Of a DNA stretch of 17,255 nucleotides, positions 7,443-16,560 are shown piece by piece. The DNA is from an uncultured Gemmatimonadales bacterium (lineage in GTDB: Bacteria; Gemmatimonadota; Gemmatimonadetes; Longimicrobiales; RSA9), in contig CAWAMW010000004.1 in assembly GCA_963783305.1 (NCBI GenBank), forward strand, positions 1 to 17,255, read 5' to 3'. The position numbers and the translations under genes were made by a program. Every line of letters begins with the position of its first letter. The stretch's first letter is position 1. A model generated the notes under the pieces. It saw only the letters and a list, made by a program, of their open reading frames with translations. It did no database searches and was not told where the DNA came from.

Positions 7443-8813
7443 ATGATGGGCAGCCGGCTTCCGAGAATGGTGTTTGGCGCGGCTACCCGCCTCAGAGGCG
7501 AAGGCGGTTGGGGGCAGCACCTCTACGAACTCAGGCAGTTGGAAGGCTGCACTCCGGAACAGGTAGCGATTCGCCAAAATAACCGGTTGGCGCAGCTACT
7601 TTCGTTCGCGGTGCACAACGTGGAACACTACCGCGATACCGAGAGAGACCCACGGGAAAATATATTCAACCACCCTTTGCAGCTGCTCTCTTCGCTTCCC
7701 CTTCTCGAAAAGCAGACACTCCAGCAGCAGCCTGATCGCCTGTACGGGGACTTGAGCGGTCGCGCGATCGCGAAGTCCACAGGCGGCTCGACAGGAGAGC
7801 CGGTCCGGCTTCTTAAGACCGCGGACGGTGTTGCGGTGGAACGGGCGTGCACATGGCTTGGCCTAAGCTGGTTCGGCATAGGCGTGGGTGATCCGGCTGT
7901 GCGGTTCTGGGGTACACCGTTGACGCGAAGCCGTCGTGTTCGGTTCCGCCTCGCCGACATGGCAATGAACCGGATTCGCCTTTCGGCATTCGAACTGGAG
8001 GAATCGGACCTGGCGGCATATTACGATCGAATTCAGCGGTTTCAACCGGCCTGGTTCTACGGCTACGCTTCGCTGATCGACCTGCTTGCGCAGTGGATAG
8101 AGCAATCTGGTCGGAACGGCACAACCCTCGGTCTGCGTTCAATAGTCCCCACCTCCGAGCCCCTGAGCCCGGAGCAGCGGGAAAGGGTTGGCCGGGTCTA
8201 CGGCGCGCCCGTCCAAAATGAGTACGGCTGCGGTGAGGTAGGTGCGATCGCCTACGAGTGCGAGAGGGGCTTGCTACACGTAATGAGTGAGTCGGTGCTG
8301 GTGGAGGTGTTGAAGGAGGATGGCTCGCCCGTAGCTGCGGGTGAGACTGGTGAGGTGGTGGTTACCGATCTCAACAACTACGCGATGCCCCTGATCAGGT
8401 ATCGGATGGGTGACCGAGCGGTCGCTGGTGGCGCATGCGCCTGCGGGAGACCATTTCCCACTCTGGAACGCGTGGTCGGCCGCATCCACGATGTAGTCTT
8501 TACCCCACTCGGCAGACGCTGGCACGGTGAGAAGATCAATTACCTCATGTCGTCCATCCACCAGGAGCTATTTCCATTCCAGCAATACCAGGTCGTCCAG
8601 AAGGAGCCTGACCTCTTAGAGGTGCGGCTGGTGGCAGATGTCCCGATTCCTGAGCCTGCCAAGTTGCGGATCTCTGCTTACGTGCGAGACCGCCTGGATG
8701 GGATGCGCACGGACGTTCGCCGGGTGGAGCGGATCGAGCGAAGCGCCAGCGGAAAGCTGCGCTTGGTGCGGAACGATTTGCAGAGTGCCCATCGGCACGG
8801 GGAGGGTGTGTGA
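7443..8813 (+). CDS. CapK-like / phenylacetate-CoA ligase family adenylate-forming (ANL) enzyme, copy 1
   Basis: SD AGGAGGT at 7434-7440 and an intact 456-aa ORF. ANL motifs: P-loop STGGSTGEP, FYGYAS, TSEPL, NEYGCGE, MPLIRYRMGD, CACGRPFP, GRIHD and SASGKLR. Confidence 0.92.
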   Translation: MMGSRLPRMVFGAATRLRGEGGWGQHLYELRQLEGCTPEQVAIRQNNRLAQLLSFAVHNVEHYRDTERDPRENIFNHPLQLLSSLPLLEKQTLQQQPDRLYGDLSGRAIAKSTGGSTGEPVRLLKTADGVAVERACTWLGLSWFGIGVGDPAVRFWGTPLTRSRRVRFRLADMAMNRIRLSAFELEESDLAAYYDRIQRFQPAWFYGYASLIDLLAQWIEQSGRNGTTLGLRSIVPTSEPLSPEQRERVGRVYGAPVQNEYGCGEVGAIAYECERGLLHVMSESVLVEVLKEDGSPVAAGETGEVVVTDLNNYAMPLIRYRMGDRAVAGGACACGRPFPTLERVVGRIHDVVFTPLGRRWHGEKINYLMSSIHQELFPFQQYQVVQKEPDLLEVRLVADVPIPEPAKLRISAYVRDRLDGMRTDVRRVERIERSASGKLRLVRNDLQSAHRHGEGV

Positions 8814-8926
8814 ACCCGGGCCGGTAGACTGCGAATATCGCTGAATAGCAAAGCTCTGCTCTTCTTGTTCTTCGCGAGTACCTGCAGCACGGCTCGCATC
8901 GACAAAGACAGACGGTGCCGTCTTTT

Positions 8927-10108
8927 CTATCTCCGCTGTCGCCCACTCCGTGCGTGCTCCGCGCGCGTGGCATCATAAACCACTTGATAGTTCTCGATCC
9001 ACTCGCGAGCACTGTAGCGATCCCGTAGCCGTCGAACCGCTGCGTTAGCCCGCACCCGCGCCTCTTCAGGGTGCTTCCGGACAGCCCGCATGGCTTTGGC
9101 CAGGCCGGCGGGATCGTCGGGCTCGACCAGAAGCGCCTCGTCCGGACCGACCACGTCCGGTACTCCGCCGACACGCGTGGCGACCACCGGCACACCCGCG
9201 CGCATAGCTTCGAACAGCACTATCGGTGTCCCCTCGGTCCGGGAGCTGAGGAGGAATAGATCGAAGGCCGCGAAGAGCCGATCCGCGCCGTGGACTACTC
9301 CGTGCCAGTGCACGGGGAGGTCCTCCGTTGCGGCCTCCAGCCGCTCACGCTCCCGACCGTCCCCGACCACGGAGAGCTCCACGCCTGTTTCGCCGAGGAT
9401 TCGGAGCGCCTCCATGGCGACGTCGGGTCCCTTCTCGGGGCTCACGCGTCCGACCCACCCGATGACGAAGGCGGACTCGGATAGCCCGAGTTCTTTGCGT
9501 GCCGCATCCCTCGGCAGCAGCTCCGTCGTGGCAGACCAGCGGTTCGGGACGACGTGGAGCCGCCTTTGTGGAAAACCGCCGGCGAGCAATGTCTGCCGCA
9601 TGCTCTCGCTGACCACCACCGCGGCGTCCAGCCGTCGCGCTGCGCGCCGCTGCATCGCCTCATAAAGCCGGTTGCGCCAGCCGCCGCCGATGAACCCGTG
9701 CAGCGTGCAGAGGGTGGGGAACCCGGCGGCTCGGGCGGCCGGGGCGTCCAGGACGTCCGCGCGATAGCCATGAGTGTGCACCACGTCGGCACCCTGCCGG
9801 TGCGCCTCTCGGACTACTGCGCGCCGCTCCGCCAAATAGGCCCGGGTGCCCGGAAGAACAATCTCCACCACTGGGACATGGTGCGCCCGGATGGACTCGA
9901 GGAGCGGGTGCCCACCCGCTCTTTCCGCGGCGATGACGGCCGCCACGACGGGCTCGTGCCCGGCCTTCTTCTGGGCGGCCGCGAGCCCCTCCACCACTCT
10001 GAACTGACCGCCGACCACCCCCATCTCGAACACGTGGAGAATCCGGGTTGATGCGCACACATCGTGCACGTCTTCGCTGCTCTCAGGTTCGGACTGGGAT
10101 CGGTGCAC
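8927..10108 (-). CDS. GT4 (GT-B) glycosyltransferase
   Basis: RILHVFE...VGG, DVVHTHGYRAD, TLHG, VVPN, GWVGRVSPEKG, VVGDG and SSRTEGTPIVLFEAMRAGVPVVATRVGGVPD. The true start may lie up to about 50 nt downstream of 10108. Confidence 0.92.
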   Translation of the reverse strand: MHRSQSEPESSEDVHDVCASTRILHVFEMGVVGGQFRVVEGLAAAQKKAGHEPVVAAVIAAERAGGHPLLESIRAHHVPVVEIVLPGTRAYLAERRAVVREAHRQGADVVHTHGYRADVLDAPAARAAGFPTLCTLHGFIGGGWRNRLYEAMQRRAARRLDAAVVVSESMRQTLLAGGFPQRRLHVVPNRWSATTELLPRDAARKELGLSESAFVIGWVGRVSPEKGPDVAMEALRILGETGVELSVVGDGRERERLEAATEDLPVHWHGVVHGADRLFAAFDLFLLSSRTEGTPIVLFEAMRAGVPVVATRVGGVPDVVGPDEALLVEPDDPAGLAKAMRAVRKHPEEARVRANAAVRRLRDRYSAREWIENYQVVYDATRAEHARSGRQRR

Positions 10109-10331
10109 GGCGGCTGGACAGCTATGTAGTCAAGACAATGGCAGATGTCGTGATCATAGTATCGCAGTCCGCCCTCCACCGCCACCGCGGCAAGTGGGTA
10201 GCCGCCGGGCTTGACCCGAGCGGGTGCTGGTGCCAACATCAGCGACTCGCCCGCTGGCTCTCCTGAAAGCCCGAAGAAGATCCTTGTCGAAATCCGACCG
10301 TGATGGCCCGTTCCCTCCGCCCGGTGCGCTG

Positions 10332-11746
10332 ATGGGGAAGGCGCGCAACTTCCTGCGCGGCGAAATCCTGTATCGTCTGGCGGTGCAGACTCGAGGTGAG
10401 CACTCGGTCTACACCAGGCTCGCGGCTCTTCAACGGATGGAAGGCGAATCGAAGGAGTCGGTGCGCGAGCAGCAGCGGCGGAGACTGGCCGAGATGCTGA
10501 ACTACGTGCTCACCGGCGTGCCCTATTACCGCGGCAGGGGGTCGTCCGACCGCGTTAAGCCCGGGGCCGCTACTGAAGCCCTGCGACAGCTGCCGATCCT
10601 GGAGAAGGAGGTCATCCAGGAGCGGCCGGGGGAGCTGTTGGCCGAAGGCTGGACCGGGCGCTATACGAGCAAGACCACGGGCGGCTCGACGGGTCAGCCG
10701 GTTACGGTCCGAAAGAACCGCGAAGCCATCGCGCAGGAAATGGCGGCGACCTGGCTGGCCTACGGCTGGTTCGGAGTTCAGATTGGCGACCCCTGCATTC
10801 GCTTCTGGGGCCAACCGCCGCGCAATATTAGGCGCAGGATCCGGTACATGGCGGCGGACCTCGCCACTCACCGGAAGACGCTCTCGGCCTTCGGGTACAC
10901 GCGCGGCGACCTCAGAGAGTACGTCGACACCATCGACCGATTCCGGCCCTCGTACCTCTACGGGTACGTTTCGGCGCTGGAGGACCTGGCGCGGTACCTC
11001 CTCGACGGAAGGCGCCGGAGCTGGCCGGTCGCTACCTAAACTCCGTGGTCACCACATCCGAGGTACTGACGCCGCCTCAGAGGGCTACGATCCAGGAAGC
11101 GTTCGGTGTTCCCGTCCAGAACGAGTACGGCTGTGGTGAACTCGGCCCCATTGCGTACGAGTGCCGGGAATGGATCCCTCCATTCCTGCCCATGAACCAG
11201 TACTTGGAGATCGTCGACGACCATGGGCATGCCGTGCCGCCGGGTGAGCCCGGCCATATCGTCCTGACTGACCTGACGAATCGTGTGATGCCGTTGATCC
11301 GCTACCGGATCGGTGACATGGGCCGCTCCGGTCCCCCCTGCTCCTGTGGCCGACCGTTCCCGGTCCTGGGGGAGGTGTTCGGCAGGGAGTACGACTTCGT
11401 GGAAGCGCCGGACGGGCGCCGGTTCCACGGGGAGTTCTTCATGTACGCCTTCGAGGACCTCCGCCAGAGGCACCCGGAGATCGGGCAGTTCCAGGTCGTG
11501 CAGACGGCGGCGACGGAGCTGGTGGTGCGGGTCGTCCGGAGCGGCTCTTCCGGCACGGACACCCTGGACGGTATTCGGGCGGAGCTGGAGCGGAGGCTGC
11601 CCGGTTTCCGCTTTTCGATCGACTGGGTCCCGCAGCTCGAGCGGCGAGCTTCGGGCAAGATGCGGGTCGTGGAAAACCGTCTTGAGCAGGATTCCTCGGA
11701 TAAGGACTCCTCGTCCGCTGACCCCCGGGCGGATGTGAACCAATAG
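10332..11746 (+). CDS. CapK-like / phenylacetate-CoA ligase family adenylate-forming enzyme, copy 2; frameshifted near 11010-11045
   Basis: ATG 10332 (MGKARNFLRG). TTGGSTGQP and YLYGYVS are in the first frame. TTSEVL, NEYGCGE, MPLIRYRIGD, CSCGRPFP and RASGKMR are in the 11045 ORF. Colinear with copy 1. Confidence 0.88.
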
Positions 11747-11763
11747 CTGGAGAGAACGACTCA

Positions 11764-12691
11764 ATGACCTGTGCGCTCCTCGCCCTCGTGGGCCCCGCTG
11801 AAAAGCACCTCGAGGGCCTCACCGAGGTAATCGACGGCCTCGTGACGTACGAACCCGAGCACCTCGATCACTTCGACGTGTACCTGGCCAATGACGGGAA
11901 CCCGGGGCTGGAAGCCTTGACCCGGACCTTCCCCCCGTTCCGGCAAGTTACCGTATTCAGGAACCCCGGCCACGGTCTTTTCACGTATTATCGAGATCGG
12001 AATGCCTCCGGAATCTTCGAGGGCCTCCGCCTAGTCGCGAGCGAAGGAGGCTACGATTTCATGCTGAAGATGGATACCGACGCTCTCGTAATCAGTCCCT
12101 TCACAGACCGAATCCGGGACTTCATGAAAGAAAGTCCCACGGCCGGGATCATTGGTAGCTATTGCCATTTCCCTAGCGGCAAACCGCGTCTCGGAAATTA
12201 TCGTCACGGCCACTCTGTCAGCCGCGCAACGCGCTGGCTCCCCCGCCCCAAGCGGGTCCGGAGCGACCCGCGCGTCGATTATGTACGCACGATCGTGGCG
12301 CACAGGGGACTACGCCGCGAGATCGTCCACAGCGCGTGGGATAATGGGCACCAGGCTTCGCAGCACGTCCAGGGCGGCGCCTACGCCGTGTCAAGTGCTT
12401 TGCTAGCCGATTGGCACCATCGCCAATGGCTCGAAAGCCCCTTCACTTTTGTGGGGACCGAGCTCGGTGAAGATATGACAATGGGGGTTATGGCACACGC
12501 CGCCGGATACGACCTGATCGGACTTCAATCGGCGCGGGGATGTGTTTGGGGTCTGGCCCCGGGAGATGCGCTGCACCCCCGAGGAAATGGTGGAGCGGGA
12601 CTACGGGATCATTCACAGCGTGGATGCACGTTGGGGACAGAACGAGGAGGCGATCCGCACCTTCTTTCGTCGACGACGGCTCCGTGGCTGA
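11764..12691 (+). CDS. GT-A fold glycosyltransferase-like protein with GT31-like motifs; C-terminal frameshift near 12520
   Basis: YDFMLKMDTD (DxD), HVQGGAYAVS and GEDMTMG. After about 12520 a shifted frame reads DFNRRGDVFGVW...DYGIIHSVD...IRTFFRRRRLRG to TGA 12689-12691, which is more protein-like than the in-frame tail. Confidence 0.65.
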
Positions 12692-12954
12692 CGAGGACGT
12701 TTTGAGAGCATCCGCCCCCAGACGTCCCGAGGTCCTGTAAGCGCAGCCAAACACGGCAGCATATGCTACAGTTGAAGCTGTCGTGGCCTTCTTGTGGGTA
12801 AACGCCTTGTGATCAGCCAGGCTTTGCAGAAGGTACCGTGCGAGGTGCTCGCCTGGCGACTTCTCGAAGAAACAGTTGTCCCCGTATCGAGATGCCCGGG
12901 CCTCCGTGAGAGTACGGTCCCCGGCCGTGCCCCTGTGAAGAATGGAGGGAATAT

Positions 12955-14253
12955 GTGGATCGCTTGATTGAGTCTAATGAAACGTACCGACGGCGAGTGA
13001 TACCGAAGAGCGCACCTGAAAGAGTGGTATTTAGTTTCGTCAATGGCTACCCGAACGCCTTCAAGCCCTACTATGATGCTCAGTTTGTAGAGCTATTGGA
13101 ACAGGGCTATGACGTCAAAATCTTCGCAAGTGGCATGGTAAGCAGGACGTGGAGCCGTTTTGTGAACGATTATCGGCTCCTTGAGCGGACTGATCGGATC
13201 CTCGCGGGAGGAGCGCAAGGCGTGCGCAACGCCGGACTCGCAGCCGTTGCAAACATCTTCACCTCTCCCCAGGTCTTGAACAGACTTCCTCGTGCTCGGC
13301 CTCGCACTCGAAGCCTTGGAAATCGCCTGCGCCAGACACTCCAGATCCTGGCGCTACCCGTCGAGCCCCCGCTCCTGTGCTTGGTCCAGGCTGATGAGTC
13401 GTTGCGGCGTGTCCCGTGGCTGCGCGCCGTGTATCCCGAAACTCCAATCGCAATGTACTACTACGGGGGTCTTCCAGCCGAAGCAGGAGTCCTCGATCGG
13501 GCAGCAGTAAAGCGCAACCTGCAGATACCTGACGCTATCTTCGCACTGACTGAGTTTGCCCGGTCCGAGATAGTCGCACTGGGAGCGCCACCCGAAAAGA
13601 CTCACGTACTTCCTCTCGGCTTTCACCTGCAGTCATTTGACAAATTCGACGGGGTGACACCCAGTCGGCCGGGTCGACTGAAGACGGTAATGATTGGACG
13701 GCTCAGCGAAGGCAAAGGACACGAGATCGCCTTGCGCGCCCTGGCTTCGTCAGGGCACGACGACATTTCATTGGAGATTATTGGCTCGGGGCCTTTGTTG
13801 GGGCAGGTAGAGGCGGCCATCCGCGAACTGGGTCTGAGAGGTAGAGTATCCTTGTCTGGTCCTTTGCCATACGAGGAAGCGCTCAATCGAATGGCACAGG
13901 CTGATCTTCTACTGCTCCCTAGCGTTCCCACGGCCACGTGGAGCGAGACTCAGGGAGCAGTCATGCAAGAAGCACTTCTAACTGGAACGCTGGTCGTCGC
14001 CTCCCGAACGGGGGGAATCCCTGAGTCCCTGCCTCCGTTCATGCATCCGTATTTGGTGCCGCCGGCCGATGTTCGAGCCCTGGCTGGCGCCTTGGACCGC
14101 GTCTATCGCATGACCGCTGCCGAGGCCAGCGAAATCGTGGCGCAGGGGCGGTTATGGGTGCGGCGCAAATACGATAACTCTCAAATCATGCACGCGCTCG
14201 TGGAGACGACAGTCGAATCTCGCCAGGTTCAGAGCCCCATCAACTCCGATTGA
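12955..14253 (+). CDS. GT4 glycosyltransferase (WcaL/AmsK-like)
   Basis: VMIGRLSEGKG, IIGSGPL and ADLLLLPSVPTATWSETQGAVMQEALLTGTLVVASRTGGIPE. The ORF is intact but the start codon is uncertain. Confidence 0.88.
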   Translation: MDRLIESNETYRRRVIPKSAPERVVFSFVNGYPNAFKPYYDAQFVELLEQGYDVKIFASGMVSRTWSRFVNDYRLLERTDRILAGGAQGVRNAGLAAVANIFTSPQVLNRLPRARPRTRSLGNRLRQTLQILALPVEPPLLCLVQADESLRRVPWLRAVYPETPIAMYYYGGLPAEAGVLDRAAVKRNLQIPDAIFALTEFARSEIVALGAPPEKTHVLPLGFHLQSFDKFDGVTPSRPGRLKTVMIGRLSEGKGHEIALRALASSGHDDISLEIIGSGPLLGQVEAAIRELGLRGRVSLSGPLPYEEALNRMAQADLLLLPSVPTATWSETQGAVMQEALLTGTLVVASRTGGIPESLPPFMHPYLVPPADVRALAGALDRVYRMTAAEASEIVAQGRLWVRRKYDNSQIMHALVETTVESRQVQSPINSD

Positions 14254-14286
14254 ACAGAACCAACCCTTCATCACACGGCCACAGCT

Positions 14287-14907
14287 ATGAAAGTATTCGG
14301 TATAGGTCTTTCGAGAACCGGCACTACGAAGTTGGCCTACATCCTCGATCAGTTGGGCTTCAACACGCTGGACTTCGTAACCCCCCTGTTTGATCGGGAC
14401 AAGGAGGGGAAGCCTGTACCTCGAGATTGGAGCGTCCTCGAACGTCGCAATGCGTTTACAGATTCGCCCATACCCTTGCTCTACCCCGAGCTTGATCGGC
14501 GCTCTCCCGGTGCAAAGTTCATCCTGACCACGCGCGACCTCGACAGCTGGCTGGCCTCGATGCATTGGATGTTGACCGAGGGTCGGATCATCTGGAACTA
14601 CGGTCCGCAAATAGATCATTATCACCGAGAAATTTATGGCACCAGCAAATTCGATGAGAAGACACTCTCAGCTGGGTGGCATGCGTTCCACGGCGATGTA
14701 CATGAATACTTCCGAGACAGGGAGCACGACCTGTTGGTTGTGGAGCTCGCGAAGGGGTTCGACGTCACTCGCCTCACCAGCTTCCTCGGCGTGGAGCCTC
14801 GTCGAGTGGACGTCGACAGCATTGTAAATGGCCGCCGTTCCGCGCCTCTCGAGAGCCGCGTCCGCTACTGGGCACGAACAGCGGTGAGATATTTGAAGAA
14901 CAGCTGA
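14287..14907 (+). CDS. PAPS-dependent sulfotransferase family protein (Sulfotransfer_4-like)
   Basis: N-terminal 5'-PSB loop KVFGIGLSRTGTT, then FTDSP, and LYPELDRRSPGAKFILTTRDLDSWLASM (3'-PB R...S motif). 206 aa. Confidence 0.88.
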   Translation: MKVFGIGLSRTGTTKLAYILDQLGFNTLDFVTPLFDRDKEGKPVPRDWSVLERRNAFTDSPIPLLYPELDRRSPGAKFILTTRDLDSWLASMHWMLTEGRIIWNYGPQIDHYHREIYGTSKFDEKTLSAGWHAFHGDVHEYFRDREHDLLVVELAKGFDVTRLTSFLGVEPRRVDVDSIVNGRRSAPLESRVRYWARTAVRYLKNS

Positions 14908-14930
14908 GCAGGAGCGTGCGGACAGCCGTG

Positions 14931-15109
14931 TTACGTCAGATCCAGCAATTGGTGGTAGCGCGGGATAAAGCTGTTGCCGATAACGTTCCAGTCATAAGTC
15001 TTCTCGGCGGTCTGACGCGCCGCCTTTCCCAGACGTTCCCGCAGTTCCGGATCCCCGAGGAGTCGGCCCACGGCGACCTCCGCCCGCCGGCAGAGAAAAT
15101 ATGGCTCAC
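14931..15109 (-). pseudogene. C-terminal remnant of a GT4 glycosyltransferase (about 50 codons) behind an orphan SD and start
   Basis: 15080-14931 reads EVAVGRLLGDPELRERLGKAARQTAEKTYDWNVIGNSFIPRYHQLLDLT-stop, the typical GT4 tail. AGGAGGT (15119-15113) and GTG (15109) sit just upstream in a different frame. Confidence 0.65.
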
Positions 15110-15285
15110 GTGACCTCCTGTCGTTGCTTCGGGTTGCGACCTGAAAGGTGCCGGAGCTGGCACGAACCGACAAGTCCGCTCGCCGGGCGGGTTGTGCAGG
15201 GTATGCATTCGCCTTAGCCTCCGACGAGACCGGCGCGGGCACACTCCTTCCTCGCCGGATTCGTCCACGTCTGCCCAACCTCCGC

Positions 15286-16550
15286 ATGAGAAGCGCGCTC
15301 GACGCACGGCTGGAGATCTGGCTCCAGAAGGCCTCCGAGAACAGGCTGATCGTCTTCATGGCGGTGGCGACTATGCCGTCCGAGGTCTCTTGAACCGCCT
15401 TACCGGCCGGCGGATACGCGCCTGGGAGCTCCTGTCGCAGGTCCACCGGACCAGCCCCAGCCGGACGATTACCCGGGCGGTCGAGCCGATCCTCATTCGG
15501 GATCGTGACGCCGTCTGGGATCGCTGGGGCCAGCCGGACCGGGCGGAGGTGGAGCGACTGCTGGGAATCCGCCTGCTCGTGATGAAGCCGCCGGCTGACG
15601 GAGGAGAGAAAGGGGTGGTGTTCGTGAAGTTCAGCGAGACCATCGACCTGGTGGCGCGGACGCTCGACCTCTCGGCGCTCCTGCGGGACTATCACCTCGT
15701 GGTGGAGCCGTCCTGGTCGGGATACTGCGACCGCACGTTCTTCCACTTCACGCAGTTCGACGAGCCCGTGTTCGTCATGGCCCCGCGCTCGGAGGACTAC
15801 CGCCTGATCGCGGCCACCGAATCGAACCTCGTGCCGATCCGGTGCGGCCCCAGCGACTGGGTCGACCCGGGCATTGCCGAGCCCTACCTGGATCAGCCGA
15901 AGCGGTTCGACCTGGTGTTCAACTCCAACTGGCTCAAGCTCAAGCGACACTACGTGCTGTTCTCCATGCTGGCGCGGCTGGAGCGGAAGATCGACGTGGT
16001 CCTCATCGGGTCCAGGATGGCGGACCGGACCGAGGAGGACATCCGGAAGCTGGCCGCGCGCTACGGTGTGCTCGACCAGCTCACGTTCGTGGAGGGCATC
16101 CAGTTCGAGGAGGTGATGCGGATCAACTGCCAGTCCCGCATGGCCATGCTGCTGAGCCTCAAGGAGGGCAGCAACCGCGCGATCGCGGAGAGCCTCTTCT
16201 GCGACATCCCGGCCATCGTGCTGGAGGAGCACATGGGGGGGATCACCAAGAACATTGTCCCGGACACGGGCGAGATCGTGCCGGAGCGGCGGCTCGGCGC
16301 GGGAGTGCTCGACGTGCTCGACAACCTCGATCGCTACCGCCCCCGGGCATGGGCGCTGGAGAACATCTCCTGCTTCGTGACCAGCCGGCTGGTCAACGAT
16401 ACCGTGCGGGCCGAGGCGGTGCGCCGTGGAGAGCCCTGGTCGCGGGACATTGCCCCGAAGACCAACAGCCCGGAGATGCGCTTCATCCACCCGGAGGACG
16501 AGCAGCGGCTGGCGGGAGCGCACCGGGAGCTTACCCGGTACCTGCTCTAG
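15286..16550 (+). CDS. GT4-like (GT-B) glycosyltransferase; probable frameshift near 15372
   Basis: FDLVFNSNWLKLKRH and LLSLKEGSNRAIAESLFCDIPAIV (E-x7-E motif), with strong GC3 bias from about 15390 to TAG 16548-16550. The likely N-terminus MRSALDARLEIWLQ starts at ATG 15286 in another frame. Confidence 0.75.
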
Positions 16551-16560
16551 GGCGCCGGAC

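Noticed and set aside
7443..8813. Calling the ANL enzymes paaK (phenylacetate catabolism)
   Set aside because: The context is entirely glycan biosynthesis with no paa genes in the window. A CapK-like role fits better.
12758..12857. Palindrome AGCATATGCT and GCCAGGC/GCCTGGC inverted repeat upstream of the WcaL-like gene
   Set aside because: Both are short and could arise by chance, with no match to a motif I can name.
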